From contig JASFYY010000018.1 in NCBI GenBank assembly GCA_045046875.1, positions 1-64,000 of the forward strand: a stretch of 64,000 nt of DNA. Direction: 5' to 3'. Below are positions 49,486 through 59,679 of this stretch, piece after piece. How positions within the stretch are numbered: position 1 is the first letter of the stretch; each line of letters starts with the position of its first letter. The notes beneath the pieces are model-generated. The model was not told the origin of the DNA and did not search any database. It saw nothing but the letters and a program-made list of their open reading frames with translations. A program made the position numbers and the translations under genes. Source of the DNA: Verrucomicrobiota bacterium. GTDB taxonomy: Bacteria > Verrucomicrobiota > Verrucomicrobiia > Verrucomicrobiales > DEV007.

Positions 49486-52400
49486 ATGAAAAGTCTATTT
49501 TCCTCTCTCGCCTTGTTTGCCTTTTTTGTTGCCACGGCTTTTGCCGATCCTGGCGAGGTTTTGAAATCGACGGGGTTAAAGGGGGGCTTGGTGGTTCACT
49601 TGGGTTGTGGTGACGGGGCGACGACGGCTCAGTTGTTAGGCGGGCAGGGCTTTCGGGTTCAGGGTTTGGATGGGGATGCGGGTAAAGTGGCTGTCGCTCG
49701 TCAACGGGAGCTGAAAGCGGGCAATTACGGCAAAATTGTTTTTGACCGACTGCTTTCCAAGTCACTGCCTTATGCGGATAATCTGGTGAATTTGATGGTG
49801 GTTGAAGATGTGGAATTGGTTGCAGAGGAGGAAATTCTGCGGGTATTGGTACCCAACGGCGAGGCTTGGTTTCGCGAGGGTGACAAGTGGAGGAAGGCGA
49901 TCAAGCCTCGGCCGGAAGCGATGGACGACTGGCAACATTTTTTGCGTTCGCCAGATAACAACCCGGTTTCGACCGATACTCTGGTGGGGCCGCCGGACCA
50001 GATCCAGTGGATGGCGCCGCCCAAGTTTGCCCGGGCGCATGAGCAGCAGGCGAGTTTCAGTGCGGCGGTGTCGAGTGGTGGCAAGATGTTCTATATTCTC
50101 GACGACGGCCCGAGGGTGGATATCCGACTGCCGAGTGAGTGGTATCTGATCTGCCGCGATGCTTTTAATGGGATCGAACTTTGGCGACGGCGGATGGGTG
50201 ACTGGGTGAGCCAGTACCGGCGTTTTCGGGCAGGGCCGGCAAGCTTGCCTTTTCGTTTGGTGGCAGCAGATGGTAAGGTTTTTGTGACGATGGCTTTCAC
50301 CGATCCGGTATCGGTGTTGGATGCGACGACGGGCAAGACGATCCGCACTATTCCAGGATCGGAGAAAACCAAGCAGATCATTTATAAAGATGGCGAGGTG
50401 ACTTTGTTGATCGATGAAGAAGTGGATACGCATGATGAAATCGACGCGGCACGGCGGCGCGGGGAGTTCCTGAAACATCATTGCAAGATCATGAAAGCGA
50501 AGGTTTATACCGGTGAAGTTCTGTGGGAGGAAAAAGTGGAAGAGCTGGTTTTCCCCTGCATGGCTTTGAAAAACAACCGGGTGCTGGTGCAGACACCGAC
50601 CCGCGTTTTTTCACTTGATGGCGAGACGGGCAAGCAGGCTTGGAGCGCGGACTTCGATGCGCAGTTGCCGATATCCAAGGGCAAACTGAAAACGGGGGAA
50701 ATGCAGTGGGAATCACCGAGCATCGTGGTCGAGGACAAGGTGGTATTGGCAGCGGATTTCAAAAAAGTGCACGCTTACGATTTCAAAACAGGCAAGTTGC
50801 TGTGGCAGGGCAAAAGCAAACAAGAATACAATGCGCCGCCGGATCTGATGCTGGTGGGCAAGAATTTGTGGATGCGTAGCAACGGGGCGAGGGTGGCGCT
50901 CGACCCGCTCACGGGTAAGGTGCGGAAAGAGATCAAGACGCCCAAGCCTTACATGCATCCGCGTTGTTATCGGGGTAAGGTGGCGGGTAAGTATATGTTG
51001 TTCGGGGAGATGGGAGTGCAGATGGTGGACACCGAAACGGGAGAGATTCGCGAGAACGATTGGATTCGCGGCACTTGCCAGTATGGCATCATGCCGGCCA
51101 ACGGTTTGCTTTATGTGCCGCCGGATTCCTGCGCTTGTAACATGAAAACCAAGCTGAGCGGGTTATATGCTTTTGCATCGACTCACAGCAAGTCGGGTAG
51201 TAAGAAAGTTTCTGCAGCTCCGAGATTTGAAAAAGGGCCGGCTTTCTCTCAACTTGGTAAGGTGAAGGTGGATGGATCGGGAACAGGGGATTGGCCTACT
51301 TTTCGCGGAGCAGCAGGTCGGAATGGAATGGCTGCGACAACGGTATCGACTGATTTGAGCAAAGCCTGGAAGATTGATCTGGGTGGACCTTTGACCAGTC
51401 CGGTGGTGGCGGGTGGAAAGTGTTATGTTGCTGCGATTGACCAACATACGCTGCATGCGCTGGATGCCAAAAGTGGCAAAGAGCAGTGGCAGTTCACCGT
51501 GGGAGGACGGATTGATTCACCGCCGACCATTTACCAGGGTGGAGTTTATTTTGGCTCGGCGGACGGATGGGTTTATGCCTTGTCGGCCACTGACGGTCAA
51601 TTGGCCTGGCGTTTCCGTGCGGCGCCGGAAGAGCGCTTGGTTATGATTCGTGGCCAGTTGGAATCGGCTTGGCCGGTGCATGGAGCGGTGCTGGTTCAGG
51701 ATGGCAAACTGGTGTGTTCGGCGGGTCGATCTTCTTATCTCGACGGGGGAATCCGTTTGCATAAGCTCGATGCGATCAGCGGTGAGCGCTTGGAGGATAC
51801 CACCATCTGGAGTCCGGAAGAGGGTAGTGGTAAACAAAAAATACCCAAAGTGGGAGAGGATCGCAAGGATGTGCAGGGCGTGATCTCCGATGTGCTGGTG
51901 GCGGATAATTCGGATCTCTATATGCGGCATTTGAAAGTGGATTTCAAGACCGGGGATGAAACCGGAACCGGGGTGCATCTTTTTACTCCCCTGGGTTTGC
52001 TTGACGATACTTGGTGGCATCGGGCTTACTGGGTGGTTCACGATGAATTCCAATCGCATTGGAGCCGGTGGTGGAAAGTGGGCAACAAAGTCGCTTCGGG
52101 GCGCATTCTTTCTTATGACCAAAACCAGATCATTGGGTTTGGCCGGGATAAATATCCTGGAGGCAATACTGGCCAGTGGCGCGGAGGCGAGAAGTATCAG
52201 TTGTTCTCCTATGATCGCAGCACGGTGCCTCCGAAGGAAGTGATTACCCGGAAAGGGAAAAAGAAAAAAGTTCCAGCGCAATCAACGGTTGAGTATCGTT
52301 GGACAAAAACGGTTCCCTTGCTCGCCACTGCGCTGGTGGTGACGCCTGACATGGTGTTCATCGCCGGGCCTCCGGATGAGTTCAGCCCGGTGGGTGATGG

Positions 52401-52620
52401 GGAAGAGGCGTTGAAGTTGAAAGATGCGGACACCGCGATGGCCGCGTGGCGAGGTAAAAAGGGAGGTATTCTTTATGTCTCGGCGATCTCTGATGGAGAA
52501 AAATCTGCCCAGATTGAGCTGCCGTCACCGCCGGTATTTGATGGCATGGCTGCGGCGAATGGGCGGATTTTTCTTAGTTTGCAGGACGGTTCGGTGTATT
52601 GTCTGGCGGAAGGGGAGTGA
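49486..52620 (+). CDS. Large exported protein: methyltransferase-like domain plus PQQ-like beta-propellers
   Basis: Signal peptide; VVHLGCGDG; repeated D..TGK..W units; WPTFRG; RIDSPPT. Confidence 0.85.
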   Translation: MKSLFSSLALFAFFVATAFADPGEVLKSTGLKGGLVVHLGCGDGATTAQLLGGQGFRVQGLDGDAGKVAVARQRELKAGNYGKIVFDRLLSKSLPYADNLVNLMVVEDVELVAEEEILRVLVPNGEAWFREGDKWRKAIKPRPEAMDDWQHFLRSPDNNPVSTDTLVGPPDQIQWMAPPKFARAHEQQASFSAAVSSGGKMFYILDDGPRVDIRLPSEWYLICRDAFNGIELWRRRMGDWVSQYRRFRAGPASLPFRLVAADGKVFVTMAFTDPVSVLDATTGKTIRTIPGSEKTKQIIYKDGEVTLLIDEEVDTHDEIDAARRRGEFLKHHCKIMKAKVYTGEVLWEEKVEELVFPCMALKNNRVLVQTPTRVFSLDGETGKQAWSADFDAQLPISKGKLKTGEMQWESPSIVVEDKVVLAADFKKVHAYDFKTGKLLWQGKSKQEYNAPPDLMLVGKNLWMRSNGARVALDPLTGKVRKEIKTPKPYMHPRCYRGKVAGKYMLFGEMGVQMVDTETGEIRENDWIRGTCQYGIMPANGLLYVPPDSCACNMKTKLSGLYAFASTHSKSGSKKVSAAPRFEKGPAFSQLGKVKVDGSGTGDWPTFRGAAGRNGMAATTVSTDLSKAWKIDLGGPLTSPVVAGGKCYVAAIDQHTLHALDAKSGKEQWQFTVGGRIDSPPTIYQGGVYFGSADGWVYALSATDGQLAWRFRAAPEERLVMIRGQLESAWPVHGAVLVQDGKLVCSAGRSSYLDGGIRLHKLDAISGERLEDTTIWSPEEGSGKQKIPKVGEDRKDVQGVISDVLVADNSDLYMRHLKVDFKTGDETGTGVHLFTPLGLLDDTWWHRAYWVVHDEFQSHWSRWWKVGNKVASGRILSYDQNQIIGFGRDKYPGGNTGQWRGGEKYQLFSYDRSTVPPKEVITRKGKKKKVPAQSTVEYRWTKTVPLLATALVVTPDMVFIAGPPDEFSPVGDGEEALKLKDADTAMAAWRGKKGGILYVSAISDGEKSAQIELPSPPVFDGMAAANGRIFLSLQDGSVYCLAEGE

Positions 52621-52686
52621 AGGGGGGGGGAGGCCAAGAGGCGTCAAGGAGGAAAATAAGACTAATACACAAGTAAGGAATATATT

Positions 52687-53049
52687 ATGGCTACTGAAGA
52701 TACATGTTGCACCATCGTGCCCTATTTTAAAATCAAGCAGGGTGAGATCGAGGCGTTTAAAGATTTGAGCGAGAGGTTTGTGGCAAAAACAAGGAAAGAG
52801 TCAAAATGCCTTTATTATGGTTTTAGTTTTGATGGTGATGAAGCGCATTGCCGAGAGGGTTATGAAGGAGCAGAAGGGGTGTTGGAGCACTTGGACAATG
52901 TCGGGGACTTGCTCGAAGAGAGTCTGAAGATTGCCGATTTTTTGCGTTTGGAGATTCATGGTTCGGAACAGGAACTGGCAAAGTTGCGCGAACCTTTGGC
53001 GGAGTTGAAACCACAGTTTTTTGTGTTGGAGTATGGCTTCCGCCGATGA
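52687..53049 (+). CDS. ABM/dimeric alpha-beta barrel protein (putative monooxygenase)
   Basis: YFKIK.GEIEAFK...E..CLYYGFSF...CREGY..AEGVLEHL. Confidence 0.75.
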   Translation: MATEDTCCTIVPYFKIKQGEIEAFKDLSERFVAKTRKESKCLYYGFSFDGDEAHCREGYEGAEGVLEHLDNVGDLLEESLKIADFLRLEIHGSEQELAKLREPLAELKPQFFVLEYGFRR

Positions 53050-53208
53050 AGGAAATTTTTCGTCATAGAGGCTCGGTCAAAGTATTCTAGAAGAGGGGGA
53101 GATGCCGAGGGGTTGAATAAGGTTTTAATCGGTGGATTTCCTTTGCCTTGCTGGGGATCTTTTGTAGGTTTTCCATTCCATAAGGAAAATACAATCTAGA
53201 AAAATATT

Positions 53209-53652
53209 ATGAGCAAAATCGTACCTACTATCAGTTCTGGAACCGCCGGTCCATTGGGCGTTCTTCACCTCCCCCGTTTGTGGCAGAAAGCGTCGTTGGC
53301 TGCTGTGGACAAACTTCATGATGACTATCCTGCGGCGGGTGCTGGATATGATCAGATGGTGCTCGATGCATTGGGCATTGATCGTGAGGAGTTCCTTAAT
53401 TACATCGGCAGTGTCAAGCCTAGCTACATCCAGTTGGAGAACTGGATCCTTGAACAAAAAGGAGGATCTTTGGATCAGGCTAAGATAGATGAATTGAATG
53501 CCGGGGTGATTGGTTACATTCACGAGGATGCTACCCGGGCAGAGATTCTTGAGGCAGCGGGTCGTCCGGATGATGGATCGATCAAGGATGCGGTTAATCT
53601 TAATAACCTCGATGACTGGTCGATTTTCCATAAACAGGAAATCGATGGCTGA
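53209..53652 (+). CDS. DUF5069-like protein
   Basis: GPLGVLHLPRLWQK...YP..G.GYDQMVLDALGID. Confidence 0.75.
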   Translation: MSKIVPTISSGTAGPLGVLHLPRLWQKASLAAVDKLHDDYPAAGAGYDQMVLDALGIDREEFLNYIGSVKPSYIQLENWILEQKGGSLDQAKIDELNAGVIGYIHEDATRAEILEAAGRPDDGSIKDAVNLNNLDDWSIFHKQEIDG

Positions 53653-53676
53653 AGCTGTTGGCTTTGAAAATTTAGA

Positions 53677-53708
53677 GCCGGATTCCGAGAGGGATCCGGT
53701 TTTTTTTT
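53677..53708 (+). terminator. Rho-independent terminator
   Basis: GCCGGATTCC-GAGA-GGGATCCGGT followed by a T tract. Confidence 0.85.
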
Positions 53709-53981
53709 GGTTATGGTGGGTTGATGTTTGGTAGGGTCGCCCCGGTTGGGGCTGGTTTGGAATTCGAGCGTGGGGGTGGGGTGGGAGTCAGTTTGTGCGG
53801 ACTCAGGCAGAGTGGTGGTTCGGATGTCAATAGTGTGGGCGCGGTCTCGCAGAGTCGAGTGCAAATGAGACAGATGCAGCGCAGCGGCACCCGCAGCGGC
53901 GTAGCCGTCAACTCGCCCCTCCAAGTGATAATGGTGCGGTGTGGAAGTTTGCCAGATTAAAAGTTTCACATAACCCCTTAG

Positions 53982-54007
53982 AGAACAGATATGGAAATCT
54001 GTTCTAC
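53982..54007 (-). repeat. REP-like palindrome
   Basis: Minus strand GTAG-AACAGAT-TTCCAT-ATCTGTT-CT. Confidence 0.75.
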
Positions 54008-54042
54008 GTTGAGGTCTGCCGTGACATGGCCTATAAATAGGG

Positions 54043-55356
54043 TTAGCTTAAATTCAGGGCGCCGCCGGCGCAGTGTTTTTCTGTGCCGAAGGATTTGAGG
54101 GGGTGGCCCATGGATTGGGAGAGGCTCATCAGTAGGCGGTTGTGGGGAACTTTGTCGACTTTGAGGTGGCGTCCGGTTTTGATGCCGTGCTGTTTTCCTC
54201 CGATCAATACAAAGGGGATGTTGTCGAGGGTGTGGGTATTGCCTTTGCCGAGTTCGTTGACCCAGATGATGAGAGTGTGGTCGAGCATGCTGCCGTCGCC
54301 TCCGGGTTCGGGCGTTTTTTGTAGTCGTTCGGTGAGGTAGGCCAGTTCGGTGCTGAACCAGCGGTTGATTTTGATCAGCTTGGCGACGGCTTCTTTGTTG
54401 TCGTCGGGTTCGTGAGAGAGACCGTGGTGGCCGTCGTCGATGTCCATCCAGTGCATGCGGGCCTGGCCGACTGAGCGCATGTATTGCAGGGTGGCGATGC
54501 GGGTCATGTCGTTGGCCATGGAGTTGACCAACAGATCGATCTGCATGCGGCTGATTTTCGGGGTGTTGTCGTTGAGCAATTCGATGTTGGGATCGATATC
54601 CGAAACCTGGTGGGTTAGCTTTTTGTTGTCGTTCTGCTGTTTGAGTTCGCTTTCCATTTCGCGAACCAGAGTGAGGTGTTCTTCGAGCAGTGAGCGGTCT
54701 TCTTCGCCCAATTTTTTGGAGGCTTGTTGCAGGTCACCTTTTAAGTTATCCAGAATACTGACCACGGTTTTTTTATCTTTCATGCCTCCGTAGATCTTGT
54801 TGAGCATCTGTTTGGGATCGGCGATGGGGGCGACGGGTTTGTTGGCGCCGGCGTAAACCATGCGGGTCCACGGGTCGGCGCGGTTGGGCACCGCCACGCC
54901 GAACTCGAGTGAACCAAAGCGGGTTTTGGTGGCGGGATTTTTTTGGCAAAGGTTTCTGATTTGTTGATCGATGGAGATGTCGCTGGCCCAGCCTGCCGGG
55001 GTGTCGGATCCGCCCTGGATGTTGCCGGGGAACAGGGGGGCTCCCGTGAGCAGGCAGCTCATGCCGCGCATGTGGCGGTCGCCGTCGCCTTGCAGTTTGT
55101 TGTAAACACCGTTGAGCACGAGCATTTCTTTTTTGAAGGCCTGCAGCGGTTCGAGAATAGGTGGCAGTTCAAAATCTTCGCCTTCGGTCTTCGGCCAGAA
55201 GGCACCGGGGATGGTGCCGTTGGGCGAGAACATGATGATGAGGCGCTTTTTGGCTGCGGAGTTTTTGGCGGCGGCTTGCAAACCGGGCAAGCCAGTGAGG
55301 AAGGGCAGGGCGGCGGCGGAAAAACCGAGGTCGTGGATGAATTGGCGGCGGTGCAT
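54043..55356 (-). CDS. DUF1552 family protein (Tat signal)
   Basis: [41 protein letters not shown]. Confidence 0.88.
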   Translation of the reverse strand: MHRRQFIHDLGFSAAALPFLTGLPGLQAAAKNSAAKKRLIIMFSPNGTIPGAFWPKTEGEDFELPPILEPLQAFKKEMLVLNGVYNKLQGDGDRHMRGMSCLLTGAPLFPGNIQGGSDTPAGWASDISIDQQIRNLCQKNPATKTRFGSLEFGVAVPNRADPWTRMVYAGANKPVAPIADPKQMLNKIYGGMKDKKTVVSILDNLKGDLQQASKKLGEEDRSLLEEHLTLVREMESELKQQNDNKKLTHQVSDIDPNIELLNDNTPKISRMQIDLLVNSMANDMTRIATLQYMRSVGQARMHWMDIDDGHHGLSHEPDDNKEAVAKLIKINRWFSTELAYLTERLQKTPEPGGDGSMLDHTLIIWVNELGKGNTHTLDNIPFVLIGGKQHGIKTGRHLKVDKVPHNRLLMSLSQSMGHPLKSFGTEKHCAGGALNLS

Positions 55357-55391
55357 GGGTGGGGAAGGATTCAGGATTCAGAAGCCAGGAT

Positions 55392-57755
55392 TTAGGAGTC
55401 GGAGTTTTTTGGGTTTACGCCTTTGGTGGCGGATGCGGTGGCGATGTTTTTTAACAGTGCGCGGATGTTGTATCCGGAGTCGGCGAATTGTTTTTCCAGT
55501 TTGGCCATGGTGCCGGGGCCGTAAGCGAGAACGGGTTGTTTGACCGAGTGATGGAAAAGTTGCTGGATGAAAGCGCGGTGGGCAAGCGGATGGTCGGCGG
55601 CTAGTTGGGCGACGTCGCGGGCTCCGTTGAGGTGGATGGTTTTACCTGATGCGGTTTTGAAATCGCTCTTGGAGTTGATGGGTTTGTTCTGGTCTTTGGT
55701 CTGCCAGCGCCCGATGCCGTCGTAGTGTTCGAGGCTGAAACCGAGTGGATTGATGGAGACATGGCAGGCCATGCAGGCTTTGGAACGGGTCATGTCGGCG
55801 ACTTTTTCCCGCATGGTCAGGGAAGGGTCGAATTTGGCGGGTTCGAATTTGTTCGCCGTGGGCGGAGATTTCAAACTCATGCCGAGAATGTTACGGGTGA
55901 GGAATACGCCGCGGTGGATGGGCGAGGTGCTGTTGTGGTAGGCGAGCGTGGTGAGCAGAAAGGGGTGGGTGATAATGCCTGAGCGTTTTTTCGGGTCGGC
56001 GTGCACTTGTTGGAAGTCGTTGTTGTCTGCGGGTGTTTTCAGTCCGTAGATTTTTGCCAGGTTTTTGTCGAGGTAGAGGTAGTCGGCCAGCAGCAGTTGA
56101 CGGTAGTCGGATTTGTCGTTGTTCCAGACGGTGTCATCGAGGAAAAGAAAGAGTGAGCGGCGCAGGTCGCTGAGCAGTTTTTGATCGTAGTCGGGGAAGG
56201 TCTTTTTGTCTTTGGCGACATATTCGGCGCGGTCAAGTTCGAGCCAGTGATGGAAAAATCCGTGCATTTTTTGCTTGGTGCGGGGGTGGGAGATCATGCG
56301 CGCGGCCTGTTGTTCGATTTGCTGGGGGTTTTTGAGTTGGCCTTTACGGGCAGCTTTGCGCAGTTGTTTGTCGGGTAGGGAATCCCACAAGGTCAACGCC
56401 AAGCGAGCGGCGATGCGGTAGGGATCGTGATCGGCGGCGGCGGGAAGGTCGGGGTAGAGAAATCGTGGTGAGGTCAGGGCGAAGATCACCAGTCGTTTGG
56501 CGGTGGGTTCTGCGGCCTGGTCTTTTTTATAAAAGGTGGCGGTGATTTGTTGGCGTTGCTGTTCGCTGAGGGGGCGGCGGAAGGCGGACTCGATAAAAGC
56601 CAAGCCGAAAGCTTGCAGTTTTTTTGCCCGGTCGGGCGCGTCTTTTTTGGTCTTGGCCAGATCGTCGATGTTTTTTGCCACATAGTTGGCGGTGTGGATG
56701 GCCCCCTGGGTGACGGCTTCGAGCCAGGCTTGGGACATCTGGGTGCCGCGTTCGTATCCGACGCTGCGGTCATCGGCGGGGAAGGGGGTGTCGATCACCA
56801 GTGATTCGGCGACGCCCCAAGGGTAGAGATTGCGTTCGGGGATGGTGCGAACGCTGCCGTGCGGTGTTTTCCATAACAGCTCGAGCGAGGCGTTTTTTTC
56901 TTTGAATTTAAAATAGGTCAAAGCAACCGGGTAGGCGCGTCCGCCGAGTAGGAAAATACGACATTTTTCTTCACGCACCTCGTTGTTGGAAGCGACCTGG
57001 GCGTCGATGTTGGCTTTGCCTCCTTTTTTTGCCACCCACCAGAATTGTTGATTGATGTAAAACCGAGCGCCATTGCGGGTGCGGATGACAAACTCATACA
57101 CGCCGGTTTCTTCGGCGATGATAGAGCCTTCCCATTTCACTTCGAAGACATTATTGTCGAGCTTTTTGCCGCGTAGTTTCTCAGGGAGTTTTTCGCCATA
57201 ATTGAATTGGATACGTGCATCGCGGCCTTTGATATGCTCTTTTTTGGGTTTGTCTTTTTTGTTTTTTTTAGGAGGGGTGCCGGTGTAAGTGACGGAAAGG
57301 CCACGCTCGTCACCGAGCGGATTGGAGAAGTTATTGCGAAAACCACCGACCAGATCGGCGACGCTGTTGCGGTACTGGGGAACTGTGAGCCGTGCGGTTT
57401 CGATTCGGGCGGGGGTGTTGCGGGCGCGGGCGGCGAGCGAATAAAAGGCGTCGTGGATGTAGGCGGCGACGGCATCGGCGTCGTCACCGATGCAGAGATC
57501 TTCTTCGTCCTCGGGCATGGTGCGCACGATACGTTTGCTCAGCGAGGCAAGGTCGCGGTTGCCGTAGAGCGGGTCGTCGGTTTTGTCTTCGACGGCTTCG
57601 CCGTTGGGGCCGTGGCAGTCGAGGCATTGTTTTTTGTAAATGGCGGCACCGCGTTTGAGCAGATCGTTGGTCTGGGCGTTGGCGGGCAGCGGGGCGAGAC
57701 CCGTAAGCAGGATGGCTAGGGCAAAAAACCGTGGCTTGGAAAGAATAGAAGTCAT
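55392..57755 (-). CDS. DUF1592/DUF1588-type cytochrome c protein with PA14 domain
   Basis: CLDCH and CMACH heme motifs, RLT..QYRNSV.DL, PA14-like insert, LWDSLPD, TSPIHRG, LGFSLEHYD; ATG 57755 gives a signal peptide. Confidence 0.87.
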   Translation of the reverse strand: MTSILSKPRFFALAILLTGLAPLPANAQTNDLLKRGAAIYKKQCLDCHGPNGEAVEDKTDDPLYGNRDLASLSKRIVRTMPEDEEDLCIGDDADAVAAYIHDAFYSLAARARNTPARIETARLTVPQYRNSVADLVGGFRNNFSNPLGDERGLSVTYTGTPPKKNKKDKPKKEHIKGRDARIQFNYGEKLPEKLRGKKLDNNVFEVKWEGSIIAEETGVYEFVIRTRNGARFYINQQFWWVAKKGGKANIDAQVASNNEVREEKCRIFLLGGRAYPVALTYFKFKEKNASLELLWKTPHGSVRTIPERNLYPWGVAESLVIDTPFPADDRSVGYERGTQMSQAWLEAVTQGAIHTANYVAKNIDDLAKTKKDAPDRAKKLQAFGLAFIESAFRRPLSEQQRQQITATFYKKDQAAEPTAKRLVIFALTSPRFLYPDLPAAADHDPYRIAARLALTLWDSLPDKQLRKAARKGQLKNPQQIEQQAARMISHPRTKQKMHGFFHHWLELDRAEYVAKDKKTFPDYDQKLLSDLRRSLFLFLDDTVWNNDKSDYRQLLLADYLYLDKNLAKIYGLKTPADNNDFQQVHADPKKRSGIITHPFLLTTLAYHNSTSPIHRGVFLTRNILGMSLKSPPTANKFEPAKFDPSLTMREKVADMTRSKACMACHVSINPLGFSLEHYDGIGRWQTKDQNKPINSKSDFKTASGKTIHLNGARDVAQLAADHPLAHRAFIQQLFHHSVKQPVLAYGPGTMAKLEKQFADSGYNIRALLKNIATASATKGVNPKNSDS

Positions 57756-58021
57756 TGTTGCTAATGAGATTTTTTGCACAAGGGAATATTTATCCGGTGT
57801 GCGCAGGCTTTGACCGAGAGCAGTCGGGGACTGTTCAAAGAATGGCGGTATTTTGTTCTTTGACCTCACAAAATGGAAGCAAAACAGAGCGCCGTCATGC
57901 CTGGGCCATGGCGTATTTGCGTAGGTAGGTATTGAGAAAAAAGGATGGCGCGAGAGCGGATTGCGGGATAGAACTGATGGGTAAGCGCCCTCTGTGACTT
58001 ATAAACTCCAAATTAATACCA

Positions 58022-59542
58022 ATGAAAAATAAACCCTCCTTTCCTACTGCCATCCTGCTGTTTGCTTTGGCGCTGGTATTCACCGTGTGGGCATCGTCTG
58101 CGCAAGCGGCCGATCAAAAGCCGAATATTGTATTTATAATGGCTGATGACTTGGGTTACTCCGAGTTGGGATCCTACGGGCAGAAAAAAATCCGCACTCC
58201 GCATTTGGATCAACTGGCTAAAGAGGGCATGCGATTCACCCGCCATTATTCGGGCAACGCGGTGTGTGCGCCGTCGCGCTGCGTGTTGATGACCGGCAAA
58301 CACCCCGGCCATGCGTGGGTGCGCACCAATAAAGCGACCAAGCCGCTCGGGCAGGAGCCGATTCCTGCAAGTGAGGTGACGGTGGCGGAGTTGTTGCAGA
58401 AGCAGGGTTATGCGACCGGAGCTTTTGGCAAGTGGGGTTTGGGGCGTCCGGGTTCGAGCGGTGATCCGCTGAAACAGGGTTTTGATCGTTTTTTTGGTTA
58501 CAACTGCCAAAGCCGCGCGCACAGTTATTATTCGGATTATTTGCAGGATGATGACAAACATTTTGCGCTGAAGAACAACCCGGTGCTTCCCGGGCATGCG
58601 AGTTTGGCAGAGGGGGCGGATCCGCTGGATCCAAAAAGTTATGCGATGTTTAAAGGTACGGATTATGCCTCGGATCATATCAATGACGAGGCTTTGAAGT
58701 TCATGCGCAAAAATAAAGACCGGCCGTTTTATTTATATTATCCGACGATGATCCCGCATGTGGCCTTGCATGTGCCGGATGAGGAACTGGCGCCTTATTT
58801 GAAATTGGGTTGGAAGGAAAAACCTTTCACTGGTCGTAATGCTAATGGCAAGCGTTATGGTTATACCCCGCACATGACTCCCAAAGCGGCTTATGCTGCG
58901 ATGATTTCGCGCATGGATAGGTATGTGGGCAAGTTGTTGAAGCAGCTGGATGAGTTGGATTTGGCGGAGAATACCATTGTGGTTTTCACTTCGGATAATG
59001 GCACGACTCATTTGGGTGATGAGGTGGACTACGAGTTTTTTGAAAGTGTGGGGCCGCTGCGCGGCTTGAAGGGATCGTTGTATGAAGGAGGGGTGCGGGT
59101 GCCTTTGATCGTGAGGTGGCCGGGGCATGTGAAAGCTGGCACGGTGAGCGACTATGTGTCGGGTTTCGAGGACTGGTTGCCGACCTTACTGGAAGTGGTG
59201 GGGGATTCGAGCGAGGTGCCGGAAGGGCTGGACGGAGTGAGTTTGGTTTCGGTATTGGAGGGCAAAAAGCAGCAGGCGCGGGATTTGCTTTATCGGGAGT
59301 TTCCAAGTTACGGCGGTCAGCAGGCCTTGTGGTCGGGTAAGTGGAAGGCAGTGAAACAGAACATGAGCAAGGGCAATACGGAGATTGAGCTGTATGATTT
59401 GAGTCAGGATGAAGGGGAGGCGAATAACGTTGCAGCTCAGAATTTGGAGGTGGTCAAGCGTATGCGCCAGCAGATGGATGAGCAGCACGTACCGTCGGAG
59501 GTTTTTCCGCTGCCGACTTACGAGAAGAGGAAGAAGAAGTAG
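58022..59542 (+). CDS. Exported arylsulfatase (formylglycine-dependent)
   Basis: KPNIVFIMADDLG, CAPSR, GKWGLG, FTSDNG, KGSLYEGGVRVP. Confidence 0.96.
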   Translation: MKNKPSFPTAILLFALALVFTVWASSAQAADQKPNIVFIMADDLGYSELGSYGQKKIRTPHLDQLAKEGMRFTRHYSGNAVCAPSRCVLMTGKHPGHAWVRTNKATKPLGQEPIPASEVTVAELLQKQGYATGAFGKWGLGRPGSSGDPLKQGFDRFFGYNCQSRAHSYYSDYLQDDDKHFALKNNPVLPGHASLAEGADPLDPKSYAMFKGTDYASDHINDEALKFMRKNKDRPFYLYYPTMIPHVALHVPDEELAPYLKLGWKEKPFTGRNANGKRYGYTPHMTPKAAYAAMISRMDRYVGKLLKQLDELDLAENTIVVFTSDNGTTHLGDEVDYEFFESVGPLRGLKGSLYEGGVRVPLIVRWPGHVKAGTVSDYVSGFEDWLPTLLEVVGDSSEVPEGLDGVSLVSVLEGKKQQARDLLYREFPSYGGQQALWSGKWKAVKQNMSKGNTEIELYDLSQDEGEANNVAAQNLEVVKRMRQQMDEQHVPSEVFPLPTYEKRKKK

Positions 59543-59642
59543 GATAGAATTGCCTCCGGCGATCTTCGTTGCACTGCGGTTCCAATTCTGTTATTGGGAG
59601 TGGAGGGGACGGTGTGTGAATAAATATGGAAATTTGTTCTAC
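59539..59642. repeat. Inverted REP pair (REPIN-like)
   Basis: Plus strand GTAG-GATAGAATTG-(30 nt)-CAATTCTGTT at 59539-59592; minus strand GTAG-AACAAAT-TTCCAT-ATTTATT-C at 59618-59642. Confidence 0.65.
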
Positions 59643-59679
59643 GGGTTGACCTGCCTTGTTTATTAGCTTTGTTCTGCTT

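Noticed and set aside
53520..53969. 149-aa and 79-aa ORFs over the hairpin cluster
   Set aside because: They span a terminator or repeat elements and have no protein-like composition
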